DNA of 64,000 nt, from NCBI GenBank assembly GCA_964005815.1, contig CAXFSR010000017.1, forward strand, positions 192,001-256,000, read 5' to 3'. The stretch comes from an uncultured Nitrospinaceae bacterium (GTDB lineage: Bacteria; UBA8248). Made by a program: the position numbers and the translations under genes. This document shows positions 9,990 to 20,382 of this stretch, one piece after another. The notes below the pieces were generated by a model. That model ran no database searches and was not told where the DNA came from. It saw only the letters and a program-made list of their open reading frames with translations. Numbering within the stretch: the first letter of the stretch is position 1; each line of letters begins with the position of its first letter.

Positions 9990-10748
9990 ATGATAAAAAA
10001 AGAACAAAACCTTGTAATAGTACTTGTAAGACCTAAGGGAGCATCTAACGTTGGGTCAATTGCTCGAGCAATGACACACTTTGGTTTAACAGAGTTACGA
10101 GTAGTCTCTCCAATATGCGATGTTAAAGATATAAAAGCCCATTCTATGGCAATGGCAGGACAAGAGATTCTAAAAAGATCATCTCACTACGCTACCCTCA
10201 AAGATGCAATAATGGATTGTAATCTTACGATAGCAACTTCAAGAAGAATTGGAAGAAAAAGATTGCCTTCCCTCTCACTAAGGGATGATGCACAAAAAAT
10301 ATATAGATCTATTCTACTTAAAAAAGTGGCAATTGTTTTTGGGCAAGAAGACAAAGGTCTTTTTAAAGAAGAAATGGAGTTATGCCAAGAACATTTAGTA
10401 ATACCTGCAAGACCTCAGTCAGAATCTTACAACTTATCACAAGCGGTACTCTTAATACTCTGGGAAATTTTTATGTCTAATCCGAAGGATTTTGAAAAAC
10501 CAGAAAATATAGATAATCAGAGAGAGGTTGAAACCGTTGCTTCAAGAAAAGAGATTGAGGATTTACTAGAACAAATACTTGAAGTATCTATAAAAATTGG
10601 GTTTGTCCCCTATTACGAACCAAAACGAGTAACTAATACATTCAGAAAAATGATTAACCGTGTTGAACCTACAAGTAGAGAAGTGAGAACTATGAGAGGT
10701 ATGATAAAGCAGGTAAATTCTAAATTTTTAGATAAAGAAACTGAATAA
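9990..10748 (+). CDS. trmJ: TrmJ/LasT family SPOUT tRNA methyltransferase
   Basis: IVLVRP...NVGSIARAM..FG, VFGQEDKGL, SYNLSQAV, TMRGM; start set at ATG 9990. Confidence 0.85.
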   Translation: MIKKEQNLVIVLVRPKGASNVGSIARAMTHFGLTELRVVSPICDVKDIKAHSMAMAGQEILKRSSHYATLKDAIMDCNLTIATSRRIGRKRLPSLSLRDDAQKIYRSILLKKVAIVFGQEDKGLFKEEMELCQEHLVIPARPQSESYNLSQAVLLILWEIFMSNPKDFEKPENIDNQREVETVASRKEIEDLLEQILEVSIKIGFVPYYEPKRVTNTFRKMINRVEPTSREVRTMRGMIKQVNSKFLDKETE

Positions 10749-10767
10749 TGCAAAGAAAAAATCGAAA

Positions 10768-11796
10768 ATGACATTAAACTTAGATAATCTTGACTACAAA
10801 TTACCCGAAAAAAAAATTGCAAAGTACCCGTTAGAAAATAGGGAAGATGCCAAACTCCTTTGTATTAACAAAAAGAATTCAGAAATTATACACACTAAAA
10901 TAAAAAACTTGCCCGATATATTGAATCAAAATGATCTGATTATTTTCAATAATACAAAAGTTAATAACTGGAGATTTTATGGGAATCTTACGACAGGCGC
11001 AAAAGTAGAAGTTCTACTTTATGAGAGAAAAACAGAAACAACTTTCCTTGCACTCCTATCTGCGAATAGAAAAATAAAAGAAAATGAGAAAATTAAATTT
11101 AAAAAAGGAATTTCGGCAACTGTAGAGTTTAGAGGGAAAGAAAGGCTTCTGGAATTTACCAAAATTAAGAACTTTGAAAATTGGCTATCAAAAGAAGGTG
11201 ATGTGCCAATACCCCCCTATCTTCGCAGAAAATCAGAATCGATTGACTACGAAAGATACCAGACAATCTTTTCTAAAAACCCTGGTTCGATTGCAGCTCC
11301 CACAGCAGGATTCCATTTTTCTGAAAAACTTATGGAAAACATTACCAAAAAGAAAATAGAAATTGCAGAGATTACTTTAGATATTGGTATTGGTACTTTC
11401 TCCCCAATAAGGGAAAAGAACTTCAAACAGCACAAAATGCATGAAGAAAAATATGAAATACCACAAGACGTTGTAAACAAAATAGAACAAACAAATTCAA
11501 GATGTGGCCGAGTAATTGCAATTGGTACTACTGTTACAAGAGCATTGGAATCCTCTTATTTAAAAAACAAAAACATTATAAATTCAGGAAAAGGAACTAG
11601 TGATTTATTTATTACCCCAGGATATAAATTTCAAGTAATTAATGGATTATTAACCAATTTTCATTTGCCAAAATCTACTTTGTTATCATTAGTAATTGCT
11701 TTTGGAGGCAAGAATGCAATAGAAAAAGCTTACACTAGTGCGCTTAGTGATGATTACAGGTTTTATAGTTATGGGGATGCAATGCTAATTACTTAA
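10768..11796 (+). CDS. queA: S-adenosylmethionine:tRNA ribosyltransferase-isomerase
   Basis: PIPPYL, YQTIF, GSIAAPTAGFHF, TNFHLPKSTL, YRFYSYGDAM. Confidence 0.97.
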   Translation: MTLNLDNLDYKLPEKKIAKYPLENREDAKLLCINKKNSEIIHTKIKNLPDILNQNDLIIFNNTKVNNWRFYGNLTTGAKVEVLLYERKTETTFLALLSANRKIKENEKIKFKKGISATVEFRGKERLLEFTKIKNFENWLSKEGDVPIPPYLRRKSESIDYERYQTIFSKNPGSIAAPTAGFHFSEKLMENITKKKIEIAEITLDIGIGTFSPIREKNFKQHKMHEEKYEIPQDVVNKIEQTNSRCGRVIAIGTTVTRALESSYLKNKNIINSGKGTSDLFITPGYKFQVINGLLTNFHLPKSTLLSLVIAFGGKNAIEKAYTSALSDDYRFYSYGDAMLIT

Positions 11797-11798
11797 GA

Positions 11799-12107
11799 TC
11801 AATAAAAACGTGAAGAGGATTTAATTTTTGATTTATCATTCAGTACTAATTTAAAATATTTTCCTGGTTTAAATCTCACTACCTTTCTCGCACTTATCTC
11901 CGCCTCCTCTCCAGTTTTAGGATTTCTTCCTATTCGTGCACTTTTCTTTTTTACATCGAAAGAACCAAATCTTCTTAGAACTACAGGATCTCCTTTGGAC
12001 AAACTACTTTTGATAGCATTAAAAATGGTCTCTACTGCTTCTTCAGATTTAACTTTGCTCAATCCCGTATCACCAGCGACAAGATTAACGATATCCACTT
12101 TAGTCAA
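11799..12107 (-). CDS. HU/IHF family DNA-binding protein
   Basis: MTKVDIV, FGSF, ARIGRNPKTGE, VVRFKPG. Confidence 0.93.
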   Translation of the reverse strand: MTKVDIVNLVAGDTGLSKVKSEEAVETIFNAIKSSLSKGDPVVLRRFGSFDVKKKSARIGRNPKTGEEAEISARKVVRFKPGKYFKLVLNDKSKIKSSSRFY

Positions 12108-12228
12108 AGTCAGGCCCTAAAAATAAAAAGAAATAAATATTAATTAAGTAAAATTTATATTAACATTGTGTTATTCAAGGGGCAAGAAAAACAAGCATCT
12201 TTAAATATTAGAATGAAAGATTGTAAAT

Positions 12229-13356
12229 ATGTTCTCCTCTAAAATTGAAGAAATTCAACCGTTCTTAGTTATGGATATTTTAAGAAAAGCGAACGATCTT
12301 GAGAGAGACGGAAAAAAAATTGTACACTTAGAACTAGGAGAACCCGATTTTCCCACGCCTAAAGTAATAGTCGAATCCGCAAAAAAAGCTCTTAAAGATG
12401 GAAATACTCATTACACAAACTCTTTAGGGATTCTAGAATTAAGAAAATCAATTTCAGATTATTACAACGAAACATATAATTTAAATATTTCATCTAATAG
12501 AGTGATTGTCACAAACGGCACTAGTCCAGCGATGTTGATTCTGTTCAAATTACTACTTGAAATTGATGACGAAGTAATAATTTCTGACCCCCACTACGCA
12601 TGCTATCCTTCCTTTATAACTTGTACGGGTGCTAAACCTGTATTAGTACCATTCAAAAACTTTTCTTCAGAAGTCACAAACTATATCACTGACAAAACAA
12701 AAATCATTTTAATCAACTCTCCTTCCAATCCCACTGGCACGAGACTTAGAAAGGAGGAAATAGAAAAATTATCAGCCTTACATCCAGTAATCGTTTCAGA
12801 TGAGATTTATCATGGAATTAGCACGGGAATTAGAGACCATTCTGCATTAGAATTCTCAGATAATTCAGTTGTGATAAACGGCTTTTCAAAATTTTTTGCT
12901 ATGACTGGATGGAGATTAGGATACATGATTGTACCAGAATGTTTCGTGAGAAAATTAGAGATACTACAACAGAATTTCTTTATTTCAGCTAATCCATTTG
13001 TCCAAATAGCAGGAATTACCGCACTCAAAGAAGCAATACCGGAAGCGAAACTCATGAATCAAATCTACACCAAAAGGAGAAAGTTAGCTTTAGAAGGTTT
13101 AGAATCAATTAATCTGGAAACAAGACCGCATCCTGATGGTGCTTTTTATGCACTATTTAACGTAAGTAATTTTGAAAAAGATAGTATGAAACTTGCAAGC
13201 GAAATACTGACCTCTGCTGGAGTAGCGCTAGCCCCAGGAAAGGATTTTGGACCAAGAGGGGAAGGACACCTCAGGCTCTCGTATTGTAATTCAGAAGAAA
13301 ATATAGAAAAAGGAATCAATCTAATAGGGAAATTTTTAAAAGAAAAATATCTCTAA
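12229..13356 (+). CDS. PLP-dependent aminotransferase class I/II (aspartate aminotransferase-like)
   Basis: GEPDF, NSPSNPTG, SDEIY, GFSKFFAMTGWRLGY. Confidence 0.92.
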   Translation: MFSSKIEEIQPFLVMDILRKANDLERDGKKIVHLELGEPDFPTPKVIVESAKKALKDGNTHYTNSLGILELRKSISDYYNETYNLNISSNRVIVTNGTSPAMLILFKLLLEIDDEVIISDPHYACYPSFITCTGAKPVLVPFKNFSSEVTNYITDKTKIILINSPSNPTGTRLRKEEIEKLSALHPVIVSDEIYHGISTGIRDHSALEFSDNSVVINGFSKFFAMTGWRLGYMIVPECFVRKLEILQQNFFISANPFVQIAGITALKEAIPEAKLMNQIYTKRRKLALEGLESINLETRPHPDGAFYALFNVSNFEKDSMKLASEILTSAGVALAPGKDFGPRGEGHLRLSYCNSEENIEKGINLIGKFLKEKYL

Positions 13357-13622
13357 TCTTCTGTATTTAACTCTATAGAATTTTCATCTAAAAGTACTTC
13401 TTCAGAATCATTTCTAGTGTCAGTCCACTCAAGTTTTCCTTCAATAATTTCTCGAAAAACTACTTCTTCCTTAGTATCAGTTTTCTTAGTTTCTACTAGA
13501 GGTTCTGCTCCATTCCTTAATTGATTAACTCTCTTTGCGAGTAAAATAGACATCAAGAATCTATTCTGTACTTGGTCGGTTGCAAGTTCGAAAAGCTCAT
13601 CATAACTAGCTTGCTCTAACAT
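13353..13622 (-). CDS. rpoZ: RNA polymerase omega subunit
   Basis: NRFLMSILLAKRVNQLRNGAEPLV, REIIEGK; ATG 13622 after GGAGG. Confidence 0.85.
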   Translation of the reverse strand: MLEQASYDELFELATDQVQNRFLMSILLAKRVNQLRNGAEPLVETKKTDTKEEVVFREIIEGKLEWTDTRNDSEEVLLDENSIELNTED

Positions 13623-13663
13623 AAATGCCTCCAAAACACTAAATATAAAATTTTAAAATTTAC

Positions 13664-14188
13664 TTATCCGATACCAACATGCTGCACATAGGCAACTTGC
13701 ATATTTGATCGTACTTGCTTAAGTATATCAGCTTCTTCTTCAGTCAAATTTCCTTTCATTTTCTCTTCTAACATACCAAAGAGATCAACAAATAATTTAG
13801 CAGCTCTAGGATCAGCCGACCCTACCTTTTCACCTGTTTGAGGATGAAGTCCCATTGCACCCAAAGCATTCGCTTGAAGAATAGCGATCATCATTTCGAA
13901 ATGTTTTTCATCTTCCTCTTCTTCCTTTTCTTCCTTAGATTCTTCCGATTGAATATCTGAGGATTCATCCGGAGACTGCTTAACTTCTTCTGGAATTTCT
14001 TGATTTAACTCGGATACATTTTCTGTTTGCCCTGAGGGTTCCGAATTATCAGAAGAAATAATAGGATTACTATCTGATTTTTCTTCAACTTCTTCAGCAT
14101 CATAACCAGTTACAGAATAGCGTCTATCTGAAACCTTGAAACTTTGAGGTTCTTCATTCTCTGAGATGTTTTTTTCTTCTTCAGACAT
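13664..14188 (-). CDS. DUF1844-like protein with acidic N-terminal region
   Basis: FKVSDRR start; AKLFVDLFGMLEEKMKGNLTEEE pattern. Confidence 0.75.
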   Translation of the reverse strand: MSEEEKNISENEEPQSFKVSDRRYSVTGYDAEEVEEKSDSNPIISSDNSEPSGQTENVSELNQEIPEEVKQSPDESSDIQSEESKEEKEEEEDEKHFEMMIAILQANALGAMGLHPQTGEKVGSADPRAAKLFVDLFGMLEEKMKGNLTEEEADILKQVRSNMQVAYVQHVGIG

Positions 14189-14230
14189 TTTTCCCTCTTT
14201 TGTAAAATAAAAAATACAAGAAGAACATAT

Positions 14231-15382
14231 TTATCTATAGAAAGGCAACCTTGGAAACTCAAAAAACTTTTTTATCTTATCAAATATGTGAATGCAGTTC
14301 AGAAAAGATTTAGTCGTCGGAGTTCCTTGCTTTTCAAATTTGGCTAATTCTTGGAATAGCTTCTTTTCTTTAGAACTTAACTTCCTTGGAGTAAGTATAG
14401 AAAAGACGACTATATGATCACCCTTAGAATTGCTTGTCAAAGATGGAAATCCTTGTTTTTTAATAACCGCGCTTTCTCCTGACTGAACTCCCTGTGGTAC
14501 TGTAATTTCACTTTCCCCATACAAAGTTTGTACAAGAATCTTTCCACCAAGCGCAGCCTGAGAAAAAGTCACATCTTCTCTGCTAAAAACATTATTTCCT
14601 TCTCTTTCTAATCTATCATGTTTTAATAGATTGACTATTACATGCAAATCTCCAGAAGGCCCTCCATTAATTCCACCTTCTCCCTTTTCACGTAATCTCA
14701 AACGTGATTCATGGTCAGCTCCTGGTGGAATTTTAACTTTCACAGAACATTCTTCTTGACGTTTTCCAGAACCCCTACATTCATCACAATGCTCTATAAT
14801 CTTATTTCCAGAACCGTCACATTCGGAACACTGAGAGCTAAAAGTTACGAACCCCTGCCTATATGCTACTTGACCACTTCCACCACAGGTTTCACAATTT
14901 AAAATAGATTCTGAATTTTTAGCTCCTGTACCACCGCAATATACACACTCTATTTCTCTTTCAAATTCGACATCATGTTCTGAACCCATAGCAGCTTCTT
15001 CGAATGTAAGATCTAACTGATATGCAAGATCTCTTCCTTTTACTCTTCCATCTCCTCTAGAACTTCGTCCAAATGCTCCGCCAAAAATGTCAGAAAAAAC
15101 ATCTCCAAAAGATGAGAAAATATCATCTACACTTGAGAAACCAGAAGAAAATCCACCAGAAAGTCCATCATGACCATATTGATCATAAATACCTCTTTTT
15201 TGAGTATCACTTAAAACTTGATAGGCTTCGGAAGCTTCTTTAAAAAGTTCTTCAGCTTTTGAATCTCCTGGATTTCTGTCTGGATGATACTGCATTGCTG
15301 TTGAGCGGTAAGCTTTTTTTATTTCCGACTCTGTTGCATTCCTGCTAATATTTAAAATTTCGTAATAATCCCTTTTTGACAC
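14231..15382 (-). CDS. dnaJ: Chaperone DnaJ
   Basis: J domain HPD motif, G/F region, four CxxCxGxG repeats. Confidence 0.97.
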   Translation of the reverse strand: MSKRDYYEILNISRNATESEIKKAYRSTAMQYHPDRNPGDSKAEELFKEASEAYQVLSDTQKRGIYDQYGHDGLSGGFSSGFSSVDDIFSSFGDVFSDIFGGAFGRSSRGDGRVKGRDLAYQLDLTFEEAAMGSEHDVEFEREIECVYCGGTGAKNSESILNCETCGGSGQVAYRQGFVTFSSQCSECDGSGNKIIEHCDECRGSGKRQEECSVKVKIPPGADHESRLRLREKGEGGINGGPSGDLHVIVNLLKHDRLEREGNNVFSREDVTFSQAALGGKILVQTLYGESEITVPQGVQSGESAVIKKQGFPSLTSNSKGDHIVVFSILTPRKLSSKEKKLFQELAKFEKQGTPTTKSFLNCIHIFDKIKKFFEFPRLPFYR

Positions 15383-15412
15383 TTTATATGTTCTCCCGAG
15401 TCAACCATACGT

Positions 15413-16159
15413 TTAAGTAGGTTGCTCATCTTTTTTTGATTCGATATATCTTCCGACTGCAACACGACTAGGACGGAGAATCTCATCGTTTAAAAAATAC
15501 CCTACTGAAAGTTCTTCTAAAATTTTTCCATCTAATTCTTTATCTGTTACATCGTCAGAACGTATCGCTTCATGTCTAACAGGATCGAAAATTTCCCCAA
15601 CAGATTGAATTGGTTTTACCCCTTGTGAGGATAATTCTTGAAAGAATCTACTCTCCACCATTCGAAATCCTTCAATAAGGGATTGTATACCTTCAACTTT
15701 TGTGTTGGGTTCATTTTTCCAACCATCCTGTACTGCATGATTAGCCCTAGATAAATCATCTCCAACACTCAACAAACTAGTAAACAGTTCTTTTTTTACT
15801 TGTTGAATTCTTCTTTCTAAATCCTTTTCTTGACGTTTTCTAAACTCCTTAGACTCTTTATTAACTCTTGCAATATGTTCTTGAAGTTTTTCTTCTGCTA
15901 TCAAAACTTTTTTCTCTAAAAGTTCAACATAACTTGGCACCAAAGATGGTGACTCATCTTTATTTTTTTCTTCTGTTGAATCTTCTTCTGTAGGATCTTC
16001 TTCTGATTTAAAACGTCTACGATCATTTACACGGGCTTTTTCCTCTTCGTTCTCAATTTCTTTTGAATTCTCATCCTCTTTGGTATCAGAAGAAAAAATA
16101 TTTTCTCCTAATGAGGATTTCTCATCATCGTTAGAATCAACCTTCTCTACCTGCATCAA
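15413..16159 (-). CDS. grpE: Nucleotide exchange factor GrpE
   Basis: GEIFDPVRHEAI, GYFLNDEILRPSRVAV; located in dnaK operon. Confidence 0.93.
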   Translation of the reverse strand: MMQVEKVDSNDDEKSSLGENIFSSDTKEDENSKEIENEEEKARVNDRRRFKSEEDPTEEDSTEEKNKDESPSLVPSYVELLEKKVLIAEEKLQEHIARVNKESKEFRKRQEKDLERRIQQVKKELFTSLLSVGDDLSRANHAVQDGWKNEPNTKVEGIQSLIEGFRMVESRFFQELSSQGVKPIQSVGEIFDPVRHEAIRSDDVTDKELDGKILEELSVGYFLNDEILRPSRVAVGRYIESKKDEQPT

Positions 16160-16247
16160 AAAACCTCCAAAAGTTAAAAACTTTACAACCTAAAAAACCT
16201 TTACGAATTTCACTGACTTAAAACAAAAGAACAATACTATGTTCTAA

Positions 16248-16652
16248 TTATTTCTCTCTTTTGAGTTTCATAAGCTTCGCTCCTATAGATGGTATAAGAG
16301 CATTCATGTCAGGAGTTGCATTTTCAATTTTTTGACGAAATTCCTCAAATGCATCACTACTTAAAACCTCTTCCATCTGCTCAAGTCTTTCTATTGCCAA
16401 ATGTAGTTTTTGACGTAATTCTATAATTACTTCAACTCCAGCCAAATTAATTCCCATATCTCTAGTAAGTGTTAGAATAATTTCTAACTTTTCTAAATCT
16501 TTCTCTTCATAAAGACGAGTTCTACCCTCACTTCGCATAGGTTCAATTAATCCCTCTCTTTCATACATTCTCAAGGTCTGGGGATGTATTTCGAACATTT
16601 CAGCAACAGTACTTATAGTATATTTTACTTGTTTCCTGCTCCTACGTACCAA
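16248..16652 (-). CDS. hspR: HspR heat-shock repressor (MerR family)
   Basis: YTISTVAEMFEIHPQTLRMYEREGLI, GINLAGV; follows cbpA-like gene. Confidence 0.88.
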   Translation of the reverse strand: MVRRSRKQVKYTISTVAEMFEIHPQTLRMYEREGLIEPMRSEGRTRLYEEKDLEKLEIILTLTRDMGINLAGVEVIIELRQKLHLAIERLEQMEEVLSSDAFEEFRQKIENATPDMNALIPSIGAKLMKLKREK

Positions 16653-16665
16653 GACCTTATCCTCA

Positions 16666-17613
16666 TTAAGTTCGTGAAATATTCATGCCTTCTCTAGGAT
16701 CAATTGGATTCAATCTTTCAAATTCTCGAATTAAATCTTTACTTTTTTCGTCAATTCTTTCAGGAAGTTTTAAACTTACAGCTACAAAAAGATCTCCCTT
16801 ACCAGTTCCCTTCATTTGAGGTGCGCCTTTTCCATTTAGTCGCAACCTTTGTCCATTTTGAGTCCCAGGAGGAATTGTAACTTTCGTTACTCCTTCGAAA
16901 GTTTCTAATTCTACACGAGTACCTAAAGAAAGCTCACCTAGAGTCAGGGGAAGATCAATATATAAATTATCTCCTTTTCTTTCAATGTAAGGATGAGTAC
17001 TTACCTTTGTTAAAATATACAGGTCACCATTTTTCCCTCCTGTCTGAGAAGTTTCCCCTTTACCTGTTAACCTAATTCGAGAACCATTTGAAACACCAGC
17101 AGGTATTTTCACTTTAATTCTTTCTGTTGCCCTTCTGAGGACACCATTGTTAATAATATTTTTAGGAACTGTCACAACAGTTTCCAGACCACGTAAGGCA
17201 TCATCAAAACCAATCTCTATAGAATAATTTACATCTTCTCCCTTTGTGTTTACTGGAGAACCCCAGTTTGAGGAACGATAGGAAGTTCTTCCACGTTGTC
17301 CTCCAAAAAAACTACCAAAGATATCTCCTATACCTATGTCTTTTAAGATATCTTCCATATTTATTCCGCCTTCCCATGGATTACCTCCTGAAAATGCAGC
17401 GTGGCCCATCGTGTCATATTTACGTCTTTTTTCAACATCAGAGAGGACTGCGTAAGCTTCACTTATTTCCTTGAAACGCTCTTCTGCAGATTTGTTCCCG
17501 GGATTTACATCAGGATGATATTTTCTGGCAAGTTTTTTAAATGCTCTCTTCAATTGTTCAGAAGAAACATCTCTATTTACTCCTAACAGCTCATAATAAT
17601 CCCGTTTCGACAT
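16666..17613 (-). CDS. cbpA: CbpA-like type II DnaJ protein (no zinc finger)
   Basis: HPD J domain and DnaJ C-terminal domain, no CxxCxGxG repeats. Confidence 0.85.
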   Translation of the reverse strand: MSKRDYYELLGVNRDVSSEQLKRAFKKLARKYHPDVNPGNKSAEERFKEISEAYAVLSDVEKRRKYDTMGHAAFSGGNPWEGGINMEDILKDIGIGDIFGSFFGGQRGRTSYRSSNWGSPVNTKGEDVNYSIEIGFDDALRGLETVVTVPKNIINNGVLRRATERIKVKIPAGVSNGSRIRLTGKGETSQTGGKNGDLYILTKVSTHPYIERKGDNLYIDLPLTLGELSLGTRVELETFEGVTKVTIPPGTQNGQRLRLNGKGAPQMKGTGKGDLFVAVSLKLPERIDEKSKDLIREFERLNPIDPREGMNISRT

Positions 17614-17648
17614 ACGAATTCCCTGAAAGATAAAAAATTAGAATAAAA

Positions 17649-19574
17649 TTATTTGTCCTTTTTAACTTCTTCAAATTCTGCATCTACTACATCACCATCA
17701 TCACCACCTGTTTCATTTCCATTTTCTGTATTAGCAGATGGATTTTCAGAATCTGTATTTGCCTGTTTGCTAGCTTCTTCGTACATCGCCTGAGACAATT
17801 TATGTGATACAGTTTCTAAATTCGTTTTAGCAGAATCAATTTCTTCAATAGTTGCATCTTGATTTTCAAGAACTTTACGGACCTCTGCAATAGCATCTTC
17901 TATAGCTTTTTTATCTTCCTCTGAAACTTTATCATTGTTTTCACCCAACATCTTTTCTGTACTGTATGCGAGAGATTCTGCATTGTTTCTAGATTCCACG
18001 AGTTCTCTACGTTTTTTATCCTCACCAGCATTTTCTTCAGCATCTTTCACCATATTATTTATCTCTTCTTCAGAAATACCACTTGAACTCGTAATCGTAA
18101 TAGCTTGTTCCTTACCTGTACCTAAATCTTTTGCAGAAACATTAACAATCCCATTAGCATCAATGTCAAAGGTGACTTCTATTTGTGGCACTCCACGCGG
18201 AGCAGACGGAATATCTACAAGATGAAATTTTCCAAGACTACGATTATCAGCAGCCATTTCTCTCTCTCCTTGTAGAACATGCACCTCCACAGAAGTTTGA
18301 TTATCCGCAGCAGTAGAAAATGTTTCACTTTTTTTAACAGGAATTGTGGTGTTACGCTCAATAAGTTTCGTACAAACATTTCCTAAAGTCTCTATCCCTA
18401 GTGATAATGGAGTAACATCCAACAATAAAACATCCTTAACATCCCCTGCTAGAACACCACCTTGTACTGCCGCACCGACTGCTACAACTTCATCAGGATT
18501 CACACCTTTATGTGGTTCTTTAGTAAAGAATTTCTTTACTGTTTCCTGAACAAGAGGCATACGCGTAGAACCTCCAACTAAAACCACCTCATCTATATCT
18601 CCAGGTTGAAGATTTGCATCATTTAAAGATTGACGACAAGGAACAAGTGTTCTTTCTACTAATTCACCAGCAAGTTGTTCTAACTTAGAACGAGAAATTT
18701 TGATATTTAAATGTTTGGGTCCTGAGGAATCAGCTGTAATAAATGGAAGGTTAATATCAGTTTCCATTGAACTAGAAAGTTCAATCTTTGCTTTCTCAGA
18801 CTCTTCACGTAACCTCTGTAAAGCCATTGGATCAGTAGACAAATCAATACCCTGATCTTTTTTAAACTCCTCAACTAGCCAATCTATAATTTGTTGGTCA
18901 ATATTGTCACCACCTAGATGGGTATCTCCATTTGTCGCCTTAACTTCAACAACGTTATCTCCAACTTCGAGGATAGAAACATCGAAAGTTCCACCACCAA
19001 AATCATAAACAGCTATAGTTTGATCCTGCTTTTTGTCCAGACCATAGGCCAAAGCTGCCGCAGTAGGTTCATTAATTATACGCAGAACATTTAATCCAGC
19101 GATCTTTCCAGCATCTGTAGTAGCTTGTCTTTGACTATCATTAAAATATGCAGGAACTGTCACTACAGCATCACTAACTTCCTCTCCAAGATAGTCACTA
19201 GCTGCTTGTTTTAATTTTTGTAGAACACTAGAAGAAATTTCAGGTGGTGCGTAAACTTTACCATTTATCTTAAGCCTAGCATCACCATTCTCAGCTTTTA
19301 TAACTTCATAAGGCACCATCTTAACTTCTTCTGGAACCTCATCGAATCTTCTACCCATAAATCTCTTTACTGAATAAATAGTATTTGTAGGGTTGGTTAC
19401 TGCTTGCCTTTTAGCAACAACTCCAACAAGTTTCTCACCTTCTGGAGTAAAACCAACTATACTAGGTGTAGTACGATTCCCTTCCTGATTTGGTATGACC
19501 GTAGGTTCACCGGCTTCCATAATAGAAACTACAGAGTTTGTGGTTCCTAAATCAATACCAATAACTTTTCCCAT
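17649..19574 (-). CDS. dnaK: Chaperone DnaK (Hsp70)
   Basis: [35 protein letters not shown]. Confidence 0.99.
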   Translation of the reverse strand: MGKVIGIDLGTTNSVVSIMEAGEPTVIPNQEGNRTTPSIVGFTPEGEKLVGVVAKRQAVTNPTNTIYSVKRFMGRRFDEVPEEVKMVPYEVIKAENGDARLKINGKVYAPPEISSSVLQKLKQAASDYLGEEVSDAVVTVPAYFNDSQRQATTDAGKIAGLNVLRIINEPTAAALAYGLDKKQDQTIAVYDFGGGTFDVSILEVGDNVVEVKATNGDTHLGGDNIDQQIIDWLVEEFKKDQGIDLSTDPMALQRLREESEKAKIELSSSMETDINLPFITADSSGPKHLNIKISRSKLEQLAGELVERTLVPCRQSLNDANLQPGDIDEVVLVGGSTRMPLVQETVKKFFTKEPHKGVNPDEVVAVGAAVQGGVLAGDVKDVLLLDVTPLSLGIETLGNVCTKLIERNTTIPVKKSETFSTAADNQTSVEVHVLQGEREMAADNRSLGKFHLVDIPSAPRGVPQIEVTFDIDANGIVNVSAKDLGTGKEQAITITSSSGISEEEINNMVKDAEENAGEDKKRRELVESRNNAESLAYSTEKMLGENNDKVSEEDKKAIEDAIAEVRKVLENQDATIEEIDSAKTNLETVSHKLSQAMYEEASKQANTDSENPSANTENGNETGGDDGDVVDAEFEEVKKDK

Positions 19575-19646
19575 TTTTGCCTCCTAAAACAAAAAAATAA
19601 AATTAAAATCAACAATAAAAAAATAAAAAAACAAAATTGGATGTTA

Positions 19647-19700
19647 AATTTATAATATGAGTCTTTTATTGTCAATTTATATAAGTATAATTAACTCATA
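19647..19700 (-). promoter_or_regulatory. dnaK sigma70-type promoter overlapped by two HAIR-like HspR operators
   Basis: Minus strand TTGACA(19675-19670)-17 nt-TAAATT; TATGAGT-N7-TGTCAAT (19656-19676) and TATAAGT-N7-ACTCATA (19680-19700) versus HAIR CTTGAGT-N7-ACTCAAG. Confidence 0.65.
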
Positions 19701-19771
19701 TATAAATTGAATTAATTTTTTTATAAAATATCTGATTTGGAAATTAATTATTGATTAATTAATTGATAGAT

Positions 19772-19800
19772 TTGACAAAATTAAAATATAAAGATAGCCT
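19772..19800 (+). promoter_or_regulatory. Putative sigma70 promoter of the iscA/erpA-like gene
   Basis: TTGACA-17 nt-TAGCCT. Confidence 0.5.
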
Positions 19801-19858
19801 AACAAAAGAAATTGTTTATAAAGATATTAGTTAAAAATATTTAAAAAAGGGAACGTGA

Positions 19859-20227
19859 ATGGTAACTTTATTTGATGAAACCAAGTCACCTACAAAAAGC
19901 TCCGGGATTACCGTAACAGAAAATGCATCTAAAAAAGTGAGTGAACTTCTTAAAGCAGAAGGAAAAGAAAATCACGGACTTCGTTTATCAGTGACCGCAG
20001 GGGGCTGTTCAGGCTATAACTACGGATTATTTTTTGACGAAAAAGCAAACCCTGATGACAAAGTTTACGAATCAAACGGCATCAATATATTCATAGACAC
20101 TCAGAGCGATTCTCTTCTATCTGGCACAGAAATAGATTTCGTTGACAGCCTAGAAGGCTCAGGATTTAAAATCAACAATCCTAATGCAACGGGCACTTGC
20201 GGCTGCGGAAAATCTTTCACAGCCTAA
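19859..20227 (+). CDS. A-type Fe-S carrier protein (IscA/ErpA/HesB family)
   Basis: GGCSG, GFKINNPNA, CGCGKSF. Confidence 0.95.
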   Translation: MVTLFDETKSPTKSSGITVTENASKKVSELLKAEGKENHGLRLSVTAGGCSGYNYGLFFDEKANPDDKVYESNGINIFIDTQSDSLLSGTEIDFVDSLEGSGFKINNPNATGTCGCGKSFTA

Positions 20228-20264
20228 ACAAAAAATCAACTAGCTAATTACCATCTAATTGAAG

Positions 20265-20299
20265 AAAACGGATTTTAATAAAATACAATCCGTTTTTTT
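20265..20299 (+). terminator. Rho-independent terminator
   Basis: AAAACGGATT / AATCCGTTTT stem followed by a T run. Confidence 0.6.
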
Positions 20300-20382
20300 G
20301 CCAATCTATATAAAATCGTTAAAAGAATGGTAAAATAATAAAATACACCCTTTTATTTAGCCTACTTAAAGAGGAATTTTTA

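Noticed and set aside
19700..19770. AT-only palindromes (AATTAATT) in the dnaK/iscA intergenic region
   Set aside because: Low-complexity sequence; not distinguishable from background.
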